Origin: Bacteroidia bacterium
GTDB lineage: Bacteria > Bacteroidota > Bacteroidia > UBA4408
Direction of reading: 5' to 3'
Assembly (NCBI GenBank): GCA_023262495.1
Contig: JALRAS010000006.1
Coordinates: forward strand, 1 to 53,988
Length of the DNA: 53,988 nucleotides
The position numbers were made by a program, and so were the translations under genes. Under the pieces are notes generated by a model. The model was given only the letters and a program-made list of their open reading frames with translations. It was not told the DNA's origin and did no database searches. Each line of letters begins with the position of its first letter. Positions within the stretch are counted from its first letter, which is position 1. Of the stretch, positions 1 through 9,969 are shown one piece after another.

Positions 1-339
1 GTAAATATTTCCAATATTGCGCAATGTGGTTGCGATGGCCTGCTTATTACCTAATTCAAAAAACAGAACAAAGGCCTTCTGCAAATCAGATAAACCTATT
101 TGATATTGTGATACCAAAGAATAGGCAGCACCTGAACATCGGTAACTATAGGCAATACCCAATTTATAATCAATATTTGCCGATAATTCTCTTGCTTTCA
201 AAGCACAATCTAGCGCTTTGTTTGGAAAGGTGTGCCTTATCTTCCAGGAGTAGCGATTGAGCAAATCGGCTTTTTCCTGATCACCGGCAGTCATTTTAAG
301 CCTTTCGCTTATGTCTATTTCTTCCAATTGTTCAATCAC
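1..339 (-). CDS. N-terminal part of a TPR-repeat protein (gene runs off the window start); start GTG 339, TTG 345 or ATG 294
   Basis: Manual minus-strand translation is open from 339 to position 1, with an in-frame TAA just upstream at 348-346. It reads VIEQLEEIDISERLKMTAGDQEKADLLNRYSWKIRHTFPNKALDCALKARELSANIDYKLGIAYSYRCSGAAYSLVSQYQIGLSDLQKAFVLFFELGNKQAIATTLRNIGNIY. The A/Y/G/L spacing (LGIAYSY, LQKAFVLF, LRNIGNIY) is TPR-like. The ORF track omits it because it is open at the window edge. Confidence 0.45.
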   Translation of the reverse strand, partial: MIEQLEEIDISERLKMTAGDQEKADLLNRYSWKIRHTFPNKALDCALKARELSANIDYKLGIAYSYRCSGAAYSLVSQYQIGLSDLQKAFVLFFELGNKQAIATTLRNIGNIY

Positions 340-563
340 AGGCAATTATTTTTCTGCGGTTTTGTATCAGATTGAGAGCGTTAAATTAATTATTAATTTA
401 ATAATGACAAACTTCTTGTGAAAATGATGTTTCCTGTCAAATTGTTAACAAAGTTAAGCCCAAGGATATGTATCAAACCAACCTTTAATTGATGCTCAAC
501 CCGCTGTTATAGCTATGACATTGCTGGCTATAAAATGCTGAATTTTATTTTATCGATACATTG

Positions 564-581
564 TAAATTTGAATAATTTTG
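564..581 (+). promoter_or_regulatory. Candidate Bacteroidota -7 promoter boxes upstream of pgk (TAAATTTG 564-571, TAATTTTG 574-581)
   Basis: Two exact matches to the Bacteroidota sigma-A -7 consensus TAnnTTTG lie 18-35 nt upstream of the pgk ATG. No transcript data. Confidence 0.3.
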
Positions 582-598
582 CAACCAAACTATAATAT

Positions 599-1780
599 AT
601 GACTTTCAACTTTAACAACAAAAAAGCACTCATCAGGGTGGATTTCAATGTGCCGCTGAATGATTCTTTTGAGGTAACTGATCATACCAGAATTTTAGCC
701 GCATTGCCAACCATTAAAAAAGTACTCAGCGATGGCGGCAGCGTGATACTCATGTCGCACTTGGGAAGACCAAAAGATGGTCCTACCGAAAAATACTCAC
801 TCAAACATGTTTTACCTGAGCTAAAAAAACATTTGGGCATTGATATAAAATTTGCTGACGATTGCATTGGTGAGGCGGCCTATCAACTGTCTAAAGATTT
901 AAAGCCGGGCGAAGTTTTGTTACTCGAAAATTTACGTTTTTACAAACAAGAAGAAAAAGGGGATATTGAGTTTGCAAAAAAATTATCGCTTCACGGCAAT
1001 GTTTATGTCAACGATGCTTTTGGTACAGCTCACCGAGCGCATGCTTCAACTGCTGTAATTGCTCAATTTTTTGCTGGTAATAAAACTTTTGGATTTTGTA
1101 TAGAAGGTGAATTAAATAGCATCAATAAAGTTTTGAATGGCGCTGAAAAGCCATTTACAGCTATTATGGGAGGTGCCAAGGTATCAGATAAAATAATTAT
1201 TTTGCAACAACTCATCAATAAGGCCGATAACATTATTATTGGTGGCGGTATGGCCTTTACATTTGTGAAAGCACTCGGTGGAAGCATTGGTAAATCATTG
1301 GTGGAGGAAGATAGACTGCAAACGGCTATTGATATTTTAGAGGAGGCCAAACAAAAAAATGTGAAGATTTTTATTCCTGTGGATGCAGTGGTTGCCGATG
1401 AATTTAGCAACAATGCTAATACACTGCATACCCCAATAAACAGCATTCCCGATGGATGGATGGGCCTCGATATTGGGAATGAAAGTCAACTAAAATTTGG
1501 TGAGGTTATTGCCAACTCTAAAACTATTTTATGGAACGGGCCAATGGGTGTATTTGAAATGTCAAAATTCGAAGCGGGTACTAAAGCTGTTGCTGAGGCT
1601 ATTTGTGAAGCAACAAGTAAAGGTGCTTTCTCTCTCATAGGCGGTGGCGACTCTGTTGCGGCTATTAACAAATATCAATTGGCCGATAAGGTGAGCTACG
1701 TATCTACGGGTGGCGGTGCTTTGCTCGAATATATTGAAGCAGGAACTTTACCTGGTATAAGTGCTATACTCGAAAAATAA
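599..1780 (+). CDS. pgk: Phosphoglycerate kinase
   Basis: 393 aa. Canonical PGK motifs are present: RVDFNVPL, ILMSHLGRP, LLENLRFY, GTAHRAH, GGAKVSDKI, WNGPMGVFE, STGGGA. Confidence 0.97.
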   Translation: MTFNFNNKKALIRVDFNVPLNDSFEVTDHTRILAALPTIKKVLSDGGSVILMSHLGRPKDGPTEKYSLKHVLPELKKHLGIDIKFADDCIGEAAYQLSKDLKPGEVLLLENLRFYKQEEKGDIEFAKKLSLHGNVYVNDAFGTAHRAHASTAVIAQFFAGNKTFGFCIEGELNSINKVLNGAEKPFTAIMGGAKVSDKIIILQQLINKADNIIIGGGMAFTFVKALGGSIGKSLVEEDRLQTAIDILEEAKQKNVKIFIPVDAVVADEFSNNANTLHTPINSIPDGWMGLDIGNESQLKFGEVIANSKTILWNGPMGVFEMSKFEAGTKAVAEAICEATSKGAFSLIGGGDSVAAINKYQLADKVSYVSTGGGALLEYIEAGTLPGISAILEK

Positions 1781-1788
1781 TAGATCAT

Positions 1789-2148
1789 ATGGATGCAGAG
1801 TTTGAAGAAAAGTGGAATCGGGTGATCGACAAGGTATCAGAGCCATACGGTGAACGTTTGGAGTTTGATGCCATCTTGTTTTTAATTGGTGTGCAAGAGT
1901 TAGGTAAGGGATACCGCAAATTTACCAAAGATCAAAAAATTGAAGTGATGCATGTGGCTATTTGTAGTTTGCTTGCACCATACGGATACTATATTTTTGA
2001 GGGTGTTGATCCTGACGGTTGGCCACATTGGACAGCCACTGAAAAATTACCATTCTTGAAACCGCTGCAACAACATCACCTAATGAGGCAAGCAGTGGTA
2101 AACTATTTTGAAAACAATGAGTTGCTTGAAAATAAAACCGTGAACTAA
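1789..2148 (+). CDS. Hypothetical protein (119 aa), co-oriented 8 nt downstream of pgk
   Basis: Clean ORF with no signal peptide and protein-like composition. I recognise no family. Confidence 0.55.
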   Translation: MDAEFEEKWNRVIDKVSEPYGERLEFDAILFLIGVQELGKGYRKFTKDQKIEVMHVAICSLLAPYGYYIFEGVDPDGWPHWTATEKLPFLKPLQQHHLMRQAVVNYFENNELLENKTVN

Positions 2149-2496
2149 CTATCTGTATTTTACGGTAATCTCAGCAGTTTCTCCCGGAATGATATGAATA
2201 TTGCTTTTTGGGAAAATCATGGCATCCTTAGTAACTTCAACTTGCAAAATTACTTCTAATGGAAATTCATGATAGGTTCTTCCATTGTTGTCTGTTGTTT
2301 TCTTGTCTTTTACAATACCGGGTTTAGGGTTGTTGTCAGAATTCAAGTTCACAACAGCCCCAAAAACAGGAAGATTCAATGAGTCAACAACAGTAATTAT
2401 GGCCTTTCCGGGTTCCTCTTTTTTGCAAGATGGGGCAAAAAATATGGCAACAACCATAAGTATGACTGAAAAAAATATGACAGTTTTGTTTTTCAT
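2149..2496 (-). CDS. Small lipoprotein with a carboxypeptidase-regulatory-like (beta-sandwich) segment
   Basis: The N-terminus MKNKTVIFFSVILMVVAIFFAPSC carries a lipobox. ITVVDSLNLPVFGAVVNL...NNGRTYHEFP resembles CarboxypepD_reg-type domains. Confidence 0.55.
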   Translation of the reverse strand: MKNKTVIFFSVILMVVAIFFAPSCKKEEPGKAIITVVDSLNLPVFGAVVNLNSDNNPKPGIVKDKKTTDNNGRTYHEFPLEVILQVEVTKDAMIFPKSNIHIIPGETAEITVKYR

Positions 2497-2655
2497 TGTT
2501 GAATGTTTTTAATGTTTTACGTTTCGGTTTGCAAATATGTTAGCAGCATGTTGAAATATGTTGCTCTTTGAAATCAATTTTTAATATTAAGTGAATTTAA
2601 ATTTGAAGTGTAAAGGTAAATTATTTTTCTTTGCTACACAATACTTCCAAATAAA

Positions 2656-3510
2656 ATGAGTCATAAAACCTACCTTTTTCGATTGATTAAATCAATGATC
2701 ACATGGGTTTTTATGTTTTGTCTGATACAGAAATCTTATGCCCAAGAAGACACAATTGTAGTGATTAATACCTCCAAAGGCATCATGAAATTTAAATTGT
2801 TTGATGATACACCAACGCATAAAAGAAAGTTTTTAGACATGGTGCGAACAGGTTATTATGATAGCCTCATGTTTCACAGAATAATTAAAGATTTAATGAT
2901 TCAGGGCGGTGAACCCGATGCAAGATTTGCTGGACCCGCAAAAGCTTCTTCAATAGAAAACCCCGATTGCATACTTAAACAAGAGATCAGCAGCCAAAGA
3001 TTTCACAAACGCGGTGCATTGGCAGCTGTTAACCAAAATGATGAACGGCCCAATAGTAAATCTTCATGCATTTGTCAATTTTTTATTGTTTTAGGGAAAA
3101 GATTTAGCGATAAAGATTTTCAATCGCTAGAAAACAGAAGAGAAAATCAGCTTAAGCAAAAGATGATTAACGTCTACCTTTCTATGCCTGAGCATAAATT
3201 ATTGAAAGATAGATATGATGCTCACCTAGAGGCGCGTAACAACGATAGCCTAAACACAATCAGGAAAACAATTATGCCATTTATTGAAGCTGATTTGAAG
3301 AATGAAAAAATCAGAAAGTTTACTATTGAAGAAAAAAGAATTTATGCCACACTTGGAGGTGCACCACATCTTGATGGCAATTACACAGTTTTTGGTGAAC
3401 TCATTGAGGGCTGGGAAACATTAGATAAAATTGCCGCAATTGAAGTTGTGGGTAACGGCAAACCTAAGGAGGAATTGCGCATACAAGTGTACACCGAAGT
3501 TGTTAAATAA
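2656..3510 (+). CDS. Secreted cyclophilin-type peptidyl-prolyl cis-trans isomerase with a large internal insertion
   Basis: Signal peptide ending ...KSYAQ. Cyclophilin motifs FHRIIKDLMIQGG, QFFIV and YTVFGELIEGWETLDKI are present. About 95 aa are inserted between QFFIV and HLDGNYTVFG. Confidence 0.85.
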   Translation: MSHKTYLFRLIKSMITWVFMFCLIQKSYAQEDTIVVINTSKGIMKFKLFDDTPTHKRKFLDMVRTGYYDSLMFHRIIKDLMIQGGEPDARFAGPAKASSIENPDCILKQEISSQRFHKRGALAAVNQNDERPNSKSSCICQFFIVLGKRFSDKDFQSLENRRENQLKQKMINVYLSMPEHKLLKDRYDAHLEARNNDSLNTIRKTIMPFIEADLKNEKIRKFTIEEKRIYATLGGAPHLDGNYTVFGELIEGWETLDKIAAIEVVGNGKPKEELRIQVYTEVVK

Positions 3511-3516
3511 TTATTT

Positions 3517-4536
3517 ATGAAAGAAAAAATTACAAGTTTACTTGAACAAGCAGAAGCCTACAGCATTGAAAATACTGATCATTCGGAACAATTTCGATTG
3601 AAATTTTTAAGCAAAAAAGGAGAGTTAAACAATTTGTTTGCTGATTTTAAAAATGTTCCTAATGAAGAGAAAAAAGAAATAGGTGCGTTAATCAATGCTT
3701 TTAAAGAATTTTGTCAGTCTAAATATGATGCTTCCAAGGAATTGTTTTCTGCATCTGCCAGCGCTCAATCGATAAAAGATGATTTCACCAAACCAGGCTT
3801 TCCTTATGCGTCTGGCGGGATTCATCCACTCACCGCCACTCGACAGCGTATAATTTCTATATTCGAGAAGATAGGTTTCACCGTTGCTTCAGGCCCCGAA
3901 ATAGAAGATGATTGGCATAATTTTTCAGCACTCAATTTTCCTGAAAATCATCCTGCGCGCGATATGCAGGATACTTTTTTTATTGATTCCAAATTCGCTC
4001 TTAGAACCCACACTTCATCTGTACAGGTGAGATTAATGGAAAATAATAAACCACCTTTCAGATCATTGATGCCTGGAAGAGTTTATCGCAATGAGGCCAT
4101 TAGTGCCCGTGCGCATTGCTTCTTTCATCAGGTTGAAGGTTTGTATATTGACAAAAATGTATCGTTTGCCGATATGAAACAAACCTTACTTTATTTCTCT
4201 AAAGAAATGTTTGGAGAGCAAACCAAAATACGCCTTCGTCCTTCTTATTTCCCATTTACAGAGCCAAGTGCCGAAATGGATGTAACCTGCTTCATATGCA
4301 ATGCTAAAGGTTGCAATGTTTGTAAACACAGCGGGTGGGTGGAAATAATGGGTTGCGGTATGGTTGACCCCGAAGTACTTAAAAATTGTGGCATAGATGA
4401 TCAAGTATACTCCGGCTTCGCATTTGGTATGGGAATTGAACGAATTGCCATGCTCAAATACAGAGTTAATGATTTAAGATTATTCTCCGAAAATGATGTT
4501 AGATTTTTAAAGCAGTTTCAATCCGCAGATGAGTAA
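3517..4536 (+). CDS. pheS: Phenylalanine--tRNA ligase alpha subunit
   Basis: 339 aa. Class II aaRS motifs are present: HPARDMQDTFF, LRTHTSSVQ, GRVYRNE, FHQVEG, FPFTEPS, GFAFGMGIERIAM. Confidence 0.96.
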   Translation: MKEKITSLLEQAEAYSIENTDHSEQFRLKFLSKKGELNNLFADFKNVPNEEKKEIGALINAFKEFCQSKYDASKELFSASASAQSIKDDFTKPGFPYASGGIHPLTATRQRIISIFEKIGFTVASGPEIEDDWHNFSALNFPENHPARDMQDTFFIDSKFALRTHTSSVQVRLMENNKPPFRSLMPGRVYRNEAISARAHCFFHQVEGLYIDKNVSFADMKQTLLYFSKEMFGEQTKIRLRPSYFPFTEPSAEMDVTCFICNAKGCNVCKHSGWVEIMGCGMVDPEVLKNCGIDDQVYSGFAFGMGIERIAMLKYRVNDLRLFSENDVRFLKQFQSADE

Positions 4537-4837
4537 AATCGAGCAACTACAAGAGTTTCTGAAGGAAAATCCTGAAGATGCTTTTATCAACTATGCGATT
4601 GCACTTGAGCACGTAAAATTAAATCACAAAGACCAAGCCAATCAGTTATTTCATTCGCTAACAATAAAACATCCTGATTATTTACCTACTTATCTGCAAT
4701 ATGGCAATTTGCTGGTCGAAATAGGTGAACAGAAACAAGCAGCAATCATTTATGAAAAAGGAATAGCTGTCGCCTTATCTCAAAAAAATTTAAAAGCAAA
4801 AGGTGAACTCGAACAAGCATTATTCATGTTAGATTAG
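4529..4837 (+). CDS. Small TPR-like protein
   Basis: 102 aa, overlapping the pheS stop by 8 nt, which suggests translational coupling. Helical A/L/Y-periodic sequence (AFINYAIALEH..., YLQYGNLLVEIGEQKQAAIIYEKGIAV). Confidence 0.6.
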   Translation: MSKIEQLQEFLKENPEDAFINYAIALEHVKLNHKDQANQLFHSLTIKHPDYLPTYLQYGNLLVEIGEQKQAAIIYEKGIAVALSQKNLKAKGELEQALFMLD

Positions 4838-6933
4838 TTCATGTCTTTAATGACATTTACCGCTTCCTTAATATAGGCATCTTTCTTCACCGCTTTAATC
4901 CAATCTTCATTCATTACTTTTTTAGTGCTATCGCTAGCAATTTTTTCTAAGTCTTGAGCCATTCCGTATGCATTGAGTTGTTTGCCTTCTTTTTCTAGTT
5001 TGTCCAACAAATCAGTTTCCACATTATTTTTTTTCTGCTCTGCACGGTACTTTTCTAGGTTAAGGGAGATTAAGGTATTATCTGCTTGCTTCTTAAATTT
5101 TTCTTCAAGTTCTCTTATTTGTTTGAAGGTTAAATCACCTTCAACACGCGCTTTGCTTTTCTTCTTTATTTCATCATAATTCCAGGTGGCATTCCACCTA
5201 TTAATGCTTGCAGGAGCAATTTCATCCCATGGCATAGGATAGTCTTCTTCTCTTTCTCCTTTGTAAAGTTTTTCATATTTATCGGGCAATACAATATCAG
5301 AGTTAACACCCTTTAACTGGGTGCTTCCGCCATTCACACGGTAAAACTTTTGCATGGTTAGTTTTAAACTTCCTATTGGGGCATAGCTCATGTGTGCATA
5401 ATCTAATCGATCATCCATACCTAATACACGTTGTACAGTTCCCTTGCCAAAGGTTTGCTCGCCACCTAATATAATTCCGCGCTTGTAATCTTGTATGGCA
5501 GCAGCAAGTATTTCAGATGCGGATGCGCTAATATTGTTCACCATAATCACAAGCGGACCATCGTATAGTATACCGGGGTTTCGATCTTCCAAAACATCAG
5601 CATTGCCACCTGTATTTTTTACCTGCACAATAGGTCCTCTATCAATAAACAAACCGGCCATGTCAACTACATCTTGTAATGATCCTCCACCATTATTTCT
5701 TAGGTCAATGATCAAACCATTAATATTTTGCTCTTTTAATTTGATGATTTCGTTTTTTACATCAACTGCGCATCTTCTTCCACCCGGCTTGTTGAAATCA
5801 GCATAAAAGCTAGGGAGTTTTAAATATCCTACCTTGTTGCCCTCTTCAATAATTAAAGATTTTGCATAGGTTTCATCGAGCACCACAATATCCCTAGTTA
5901 TAGGAATCACCTTTGTGCTTGCATCGGGTTTGCGCACTGTTAATCGCACTTCAGTACCTTTCTTACCCCTTATCAATTGTACCGCATCATCTAATCGCAT
6001 ATCACTGATATCAACCGGCTCATCTTTACCCTGTGCAACCTTTAAAATCACATCACCAGCCTTTAATTCTCCTTGTCGCCATGAGGCACTACCAGGCACA
6101 ATGTTAGATACTTTAATGACACCATCTTTTTCTTGTAGCTGGGCGCCTATACCTTCTAACTGCCCGCTCATTTGTATATCAAAATTATCTTTCACTTTAG
6201 GTGGAAAAAATTCGGTATGCGGATCAAAAACATTGGCAACACAATTTAAAAACATTCCTGCACGGTCCGTTTCATCAACTTTCTTTAAACGCTTAAAAAA
6301 ATCAATATAGCTCTTTTCTACCTTTTCTCTCGATTCCTTTTCAATTGCTTCAAAACTTTTTGTTTCGATAACGGTATCCTTTCTTAGCATTGCCTTTTCT
6401 TGCGCCTCAAGTGCCTCATTGATTCTCACTAGCGTTTGATATTTGAACAATTTTCTCCATTCTTCTTTTTGCGACTTGATGTCGGCTGCATAATTAATTT
6501 TCTTTGGATCAGTTTCTATTTTTTCATCCTTGTTGAAGTCGAATGGTGCCTTCAACAAATCCTTGTAAAATGACTCTACCTCAGCGTATCGCTTAGTCAA
6601 TAATTCATTGCTGCGATTAAAAAAATCAAACTTATCTGATTTTAGTTGATCATCGATGGAATAACGCATAGCCTTCAATTCATTAATATCGGACTGAATC
6701 AAAAATTTCTTGTTCACATCAATGCGCTTCAAATACAAATCATACACATCTTCAGAGAATTTATCATCGAAATTTCGGGGCTTAAAGTGCCCCATTTGCA
6801 ATAGGCTACTCATCACGTTTTCAGTGATGACGGTTTTATCATTAGAGTTAGATGTGTCGGGTAAAAAAGAACACATGAAACAACTTACCGAAAATACAAC
6901 AAGGGTGCTAAAAAATAAGAATCTGTTTTTCAT
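4834..6933 (-). CDS. Carboxy-terminal processing peptidase (S41 family, PDZ domain)
   Basis: 699 aa with a signal peptide. PDZ segment GIGAQL...VSNIVPGSASWRQGELKAGDVILKV. S41 core LIIDLRNNGGGSL and SASASEILAAAIQDY...GEQTFGKG. Confidence 0.9.
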   Translation of the reverse strand: MKNRFLFFSTLVVFSVSCFMCSFLPDTSNSNDKTVITENVMSSLLQMGHFKPRNFDDKFSEDVYDLYLKRIDVNKKFLIQSDINELKAMRYSIDDQLKSDKFDFFNRSNELLTKRYAEVESFYKDLLKAPFDFNKDEKIETDPKKINYAADIKSQKEEWRKLFKYQTLVRINEALEAQEKAMLRKDTVIETKSFEAIEKESREKVEKSYIDFFKRLKKVDETDRAGMFLNCVANVFDPHTEFFPPKVKDNFDIQMSGQLEGIGAQLQEKDGVIKVSNIVPGSASWRQGELKAGDVILKVAQGKDEPVDISDMRLDDAVQLIRGKKGTEVRLTVRKPDASTKVIPITRDIVVLDETYAKSLIIEEGNKVGYLKLPSFYADFNKPGGRRCAVDVKNEIIKLKEQNINGLIIDLRNNGGGSLQDVVDMAGLFIDRGPIVQVKNTGGNADVLEDRNPGILYDGPLVIMVNNISASASEILAAAIQDYKRGIILGGEQTFGKGTVQRVLGMDDRLDYAHMSYAPIGSLKLTMQKFYRVNGGSTQLKGVNSDIVLPDKYEKLYKGEREEDYPMPWDEIAPASINRWNATWNYDEIKKKSKARVEGDLTFKQIRELEEKFKKQADNTLISLNLEKYRAEQKKNNVETDLLDKLEKEGKQLNAYGMAQDLEKIASDSTKKVMNEDWIKAVKKDAYIKEAVNVIKDMN

Positions 6934-7146
6934 AAATTAATTATTCATACAAATATAACCTACACACATCAAATCACCTGTTAATTAGTGTGAAGTATAA
7001 TTCAATTGATTTCATATCCTCATGTATGTTAAACGCTCAGTTTGATTATTTGATGCGGAAATAACACCCATCCAATAACACTTGTAAACAAAAGATTTTT
7101 TTATTTCACATAAACTTCAGCAAAAATTAATTGTTATGCACAAAAA

Positions 7147-7182
7147 TATATTTGCAACAATACCTTTTTTGAGGTAAATTTG
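7147..7182 (+). promoter_or_regulatory. Candidate suf operon promoter boxes (TATATTTG 7147-7154; TAAATTTG 7175-7182)
   Basis: Exact TAnnTTTG matches lie 65-100 nt upstream of the first suf gene. A 7-bp inverted repeat follows at 7189-7207. Confidence 0.3.
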
Positions 7183-7247
7183 CACTCCATTTAGATTTAT
7201 TCTAAATAAAAATAAGTGTATAAATAATTGAAAATAAATAATTTACA

Positions 7248-7574
7248 ATGATTACTGTATCGGAAAATGCCAAAGAGCATGCATTGAAATTAATTAGTGA
7301 AGAGCAAAAGCCCGAAGATACTTTTATCAGGGTTGGTGTGGAAGGAGGAGGTTGTTCAGGCCTCTCTTACAAGCTCGAATTCGACAATCAACTGAAAGAA
7401 GGAGATCAGCAGTTTGAAGACAAAGGAATTAAAATTGTAGTCGATCGAAAAAGTTTTCTCTACTTGATTGGCACTGAGCTTGACTACACTGGAGGACTCA
7501 ACGGAAAGGGATTTGTGTTTATAAACCCCAATGCCTCAAGAACCTGCGGCTGCGGTGAAAGTTTTTCTGTTTAA
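7248..7574 (+). CDS. sufA: Iron-sulfur cluster insertion/carrier protein, HesB/IscA/SufA family
   Basis: 108 aa. Has GGGCSG and the C-terminal CGCGESF Cys ligand motifs of A-type carriers. It is the first gene of the suf cluster. Confidence 0.85.
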   Translation: MITVSENAKEHALKLISEEQKPEDTFIRVGVEGGGCSGLSYKLEFDNQLKEGDQQFEDKGIKIVVDRKSFLYLIGTELDYTGGLNGKGFVFINPNASRTCGCGESFSV

Positions 7575-7600
7575 CTGTTTCTAACATTATACAAACCACG

Positions 7601-9052
7601 ATGGCAGACATTTTAGAAGAAGTTACGGGCAGTGAATATAAATACGGTTTCACTTCCGACATTGAAATGGATACAGCCCCAATTGGGCTCAACGAGAGTA
7701 TTATTCGTTTTATTTCTGAAAAGAAAAATGAACCTGCGTGGATGCTCGAATACAGACTTAAGGCATACAGCAAATGGCTGACGATGAAGGAGCCAAAACA
7801 TTGGCCTCATGTATCATATCCCGAAATAGACTTTCAGAATATTATTTATTACGCAGCACCAAAACTCAAAAAAGAATTAGCGAGTTTGGACGAGGTGGAT
7901 CCCGAATTGCTCAAAACATTTGAAAAGCTTGGTATATCGCTTGAGGAGCAAAAAAGACTTACCGGGGTGCAATCGAATATTGCTGTAGATGCTGTAATTG
8001 ATAGCGTATCGGTTAAAACCACATTCAAAGAAACACTGGCCGAAAAAGGAATCATTTTTTGCTCTTTCAGTGAGGCCGTACAAGAACATCCCGAGTTGGT
8101 AAGAAAATATATGGGAACTGTGGTGCCATACACCGATAATTTTTATGCAGCACTCAATTCAGCTGTTTTTACCGATGGCTCATTTTGTTATATTCCAAAA
8201 GGTGTTAGATGCCCAATGGAACTAAGCACTTATTTCAGAATCAATGCATCCGGAACAGGTCAATTTGAAAGAACATTGATCATTGCCGATGAAGGCGCTT
8301 ATGTGAGCTATCTCGAAGGTTGTACAGCCCCCATGCGCGATGAAAATCAATTGCATGCTGCCGTGGTTGAAATCATTGCACACAAAAATGCAGAGGTAAA
8401 ATACAGTACGGTGCAAAACTGGTATCCTGGCGATAAAGACGGAAAAGGAGGCATATACAACTTTGTAACCAAGCGTGGAATATGTCTCGAAGACAATTCT
8501 AAAATTTCATGGACACAAGTTGAAACAGGTTCAGCAGTAACGTGGAAATATCCTTCGGTAATTTTGAAAGGCAATAACTCAGTAGGCGAATTCTATTCGG
8601 TTGCAGTTACCAATCATCATCAACAAGCTGATACAGGTACCAAAATGATACATATTGGGCGCAATACCCGAAGCACAATCGTATCGAAAGGGATATCAGC
8701 AGGTTTGAGCAATAATAGCTATCGTGGTTTGGTAAAAATACATAAGGGTGCAAAAAATGCGCGTAATTTTTCTCAGTGCGATAGTTTGCTTATGGGTGAT
8801 AAATGCGGAGCACATACATTTCCTTACATTGAAATTAAGGACCAGTCGGCCATTGTGGAACACGAAGCCACTACATCAAAAATTGGAGAAGATCAATTAT
8901 TCTATTGTAAGCAAAGAGGAATTGATACAGAAAAAGCTATTGCCCTTATTGTAAATGGTTATTGTAAAGAGGTGTTTAATCAATTACCGATGGAGTTTGC
9001 TGTGGAAGCCCAAAAACTTTTGGCAGTAAGTCTTGAAGGTTCGGTAGGATAA
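7601..9052 (+). CDS. sufB: Fe-S cluster assembly scaffold protein SufB
   Basis: 483 aa with typical SufB sequence ([28 protein letters not shown]-like, FYCKQRGI). Adjacent to sufC and sufD. Confidence 0.97.
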   Translation: MADILEEVTGSEYKYGFTSDIEMDTAPIGLNESIIRFISEKKNEPAWMLEYRLKAYSKWLTMKEPKHWPHVSYPEIDFQNIIYYAAPKLKKELASLDEVDPELLKTFEKLGISLEEQKRLTGVQSNIAVDAVIDSVSVKTTFKETLAEKGIIFCSFSEAVQEHPELVRKYMGTVVPYTDNFYAALNSAVFTDGSFCYIPKGVRCPMELSTYFRINASGTGQFERTLIIADEGAYVSYLEGCTAPMRDENQLHAAVVEIIAHKNAEVKYSTVQNWYPGDKDGKGGIYNFVTKRGICLEDNSKISWTQVETGSAVTWKYPSVILKGNNSVGEFYSVAVTNHHQQADTGTKMIHIGRNTRSTIVSKGISAGLSNNSYRGLVKIHKGAKNARNFSQCDSLLMGDKCGAHTFPYIEIKDQSAIVEHEATTSKIGEDQLFYCKQRGIDTEKAIALIVNGYCKEVFNQLPMEFAVEAQKLLAVSLEGSVG

Positions 9053-9193
9053 CATTTAGAAGAACCAACTAACAGCAACAAATTGGTGCATCAAGATAGA
9101 TCAAACAAGCGTATTCATAACAATCGAAAATACAACATTAATAAGCGAAACGCTTAAATAGGAACTTAACAAAAAACACAATATAAAATCAAG

Positions 9194-9952
9194 ATGATAA
9201 GTATTAAAAATTTGCATGCTTCCATTGATGGGAAAGAGATTTTAAAAGGTTTCAACTTGGAAGTGAATGCAGGAGAGGTACATGCCATTATGGGGCCAAA
9301 CGGATCCGGAAAAAGCACTCTAGCAAGTGTTTTGGCAGGAAGAGAAGATTATGAGGTAACCGATGGAAAAGTTGTTTTTAACAACAAAGATCTCTTAGAA
9401 ATGTCGCCCGAAGACAGAGCTAGAGAAGGACTATTTTTAGCTTTTCAATACCCTGTAGAAATTCCGGGCGTAAGTAACATCAACTTTTTGAAAACAGCCA
9501 TTACCGAAATCAGACAGTATAAAGGTTTACCTCCACTTGAAGCAAAAGATTTTTTAAAATTAGTAAAGGATAAGCAGGCGATGGTTGAACTGCAAGGATC
9601 TTTGGCAAATAGAAGTGTCAACGAGGGCTTCAGCGGTGGTGAAAAAAAGCGCAATGAAATTTTTCAAATGGCGATGCTCGAGCCATCCCTTGCAATTTTA
9701 GATGAAACAGACTCAGGACTCGATATTGATGCGCTCAGAATTGTTGCAGGAGGCGTTAACAAATTACGTAGCAGCAACCGCTCCTTCATTGTAATTACAC
9801 ATTATCAGCGATTGCTCGATTACATTGTGCCCGATTTTGTGCATGTGATGTACAATGGTCAAATTGTAAAAACAGGTACCAAAGAGCTTGCCTTAGAACT
9901 CGAAAGTAAAGGATACGATTGGATTAAAAAAGAAACTGAACAAGCTATTTAA
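9194..9952 (+). CDS. sufC: Fe-S cluster assembly ATPase SufC
   Basis: 252 aa. Walker A GPNGSGKST, ABC signature FSGGEKKR, Walker B LAILDETDSGLD, and ITHYQRLL. Confidence 0.97.
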   Translation: MISIKNLHASIDGKEILKGFNLEVNAGEVHAIMGPNGSGKSTLASVLAGREDYEVTDGKVVFNNKDLLEMSPEDRAREGLFLAFQYPVEIPGVSNINFLKTAITEIRQYKGLPPLEAKDFLKLVKDKQAMVELQGSLANRSVNEGFSGGEKKRNEIFQMAMLEPSLAILDETDSGLDIDALRIVAGGVNKLRSSNRSFIVITHYQRLLDYIVPDFVHVMYNGQIVKTGTKELALELESKGYDWIKKETEQAI

Positions 9953-9969
9953 CCTACAAAACAATTAGT

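Noticed and set aside
24-260. 78-aa + strand ORF at the window start
   Set aside because: It lies antisense to a better-supported minus-strand TPR-like frame (1-339). Its sequence is low-complexity and non-protein-like, and it has no plausible promoter context.
9053-9193. 141-nt spacer between sufB and sufC containing a small hairpin (aagcg-aaa-cgctt)
   Set aside because: The stem is only 5 bp and no T-run follows. It is too weak to call a terminator or a regulatory structure.
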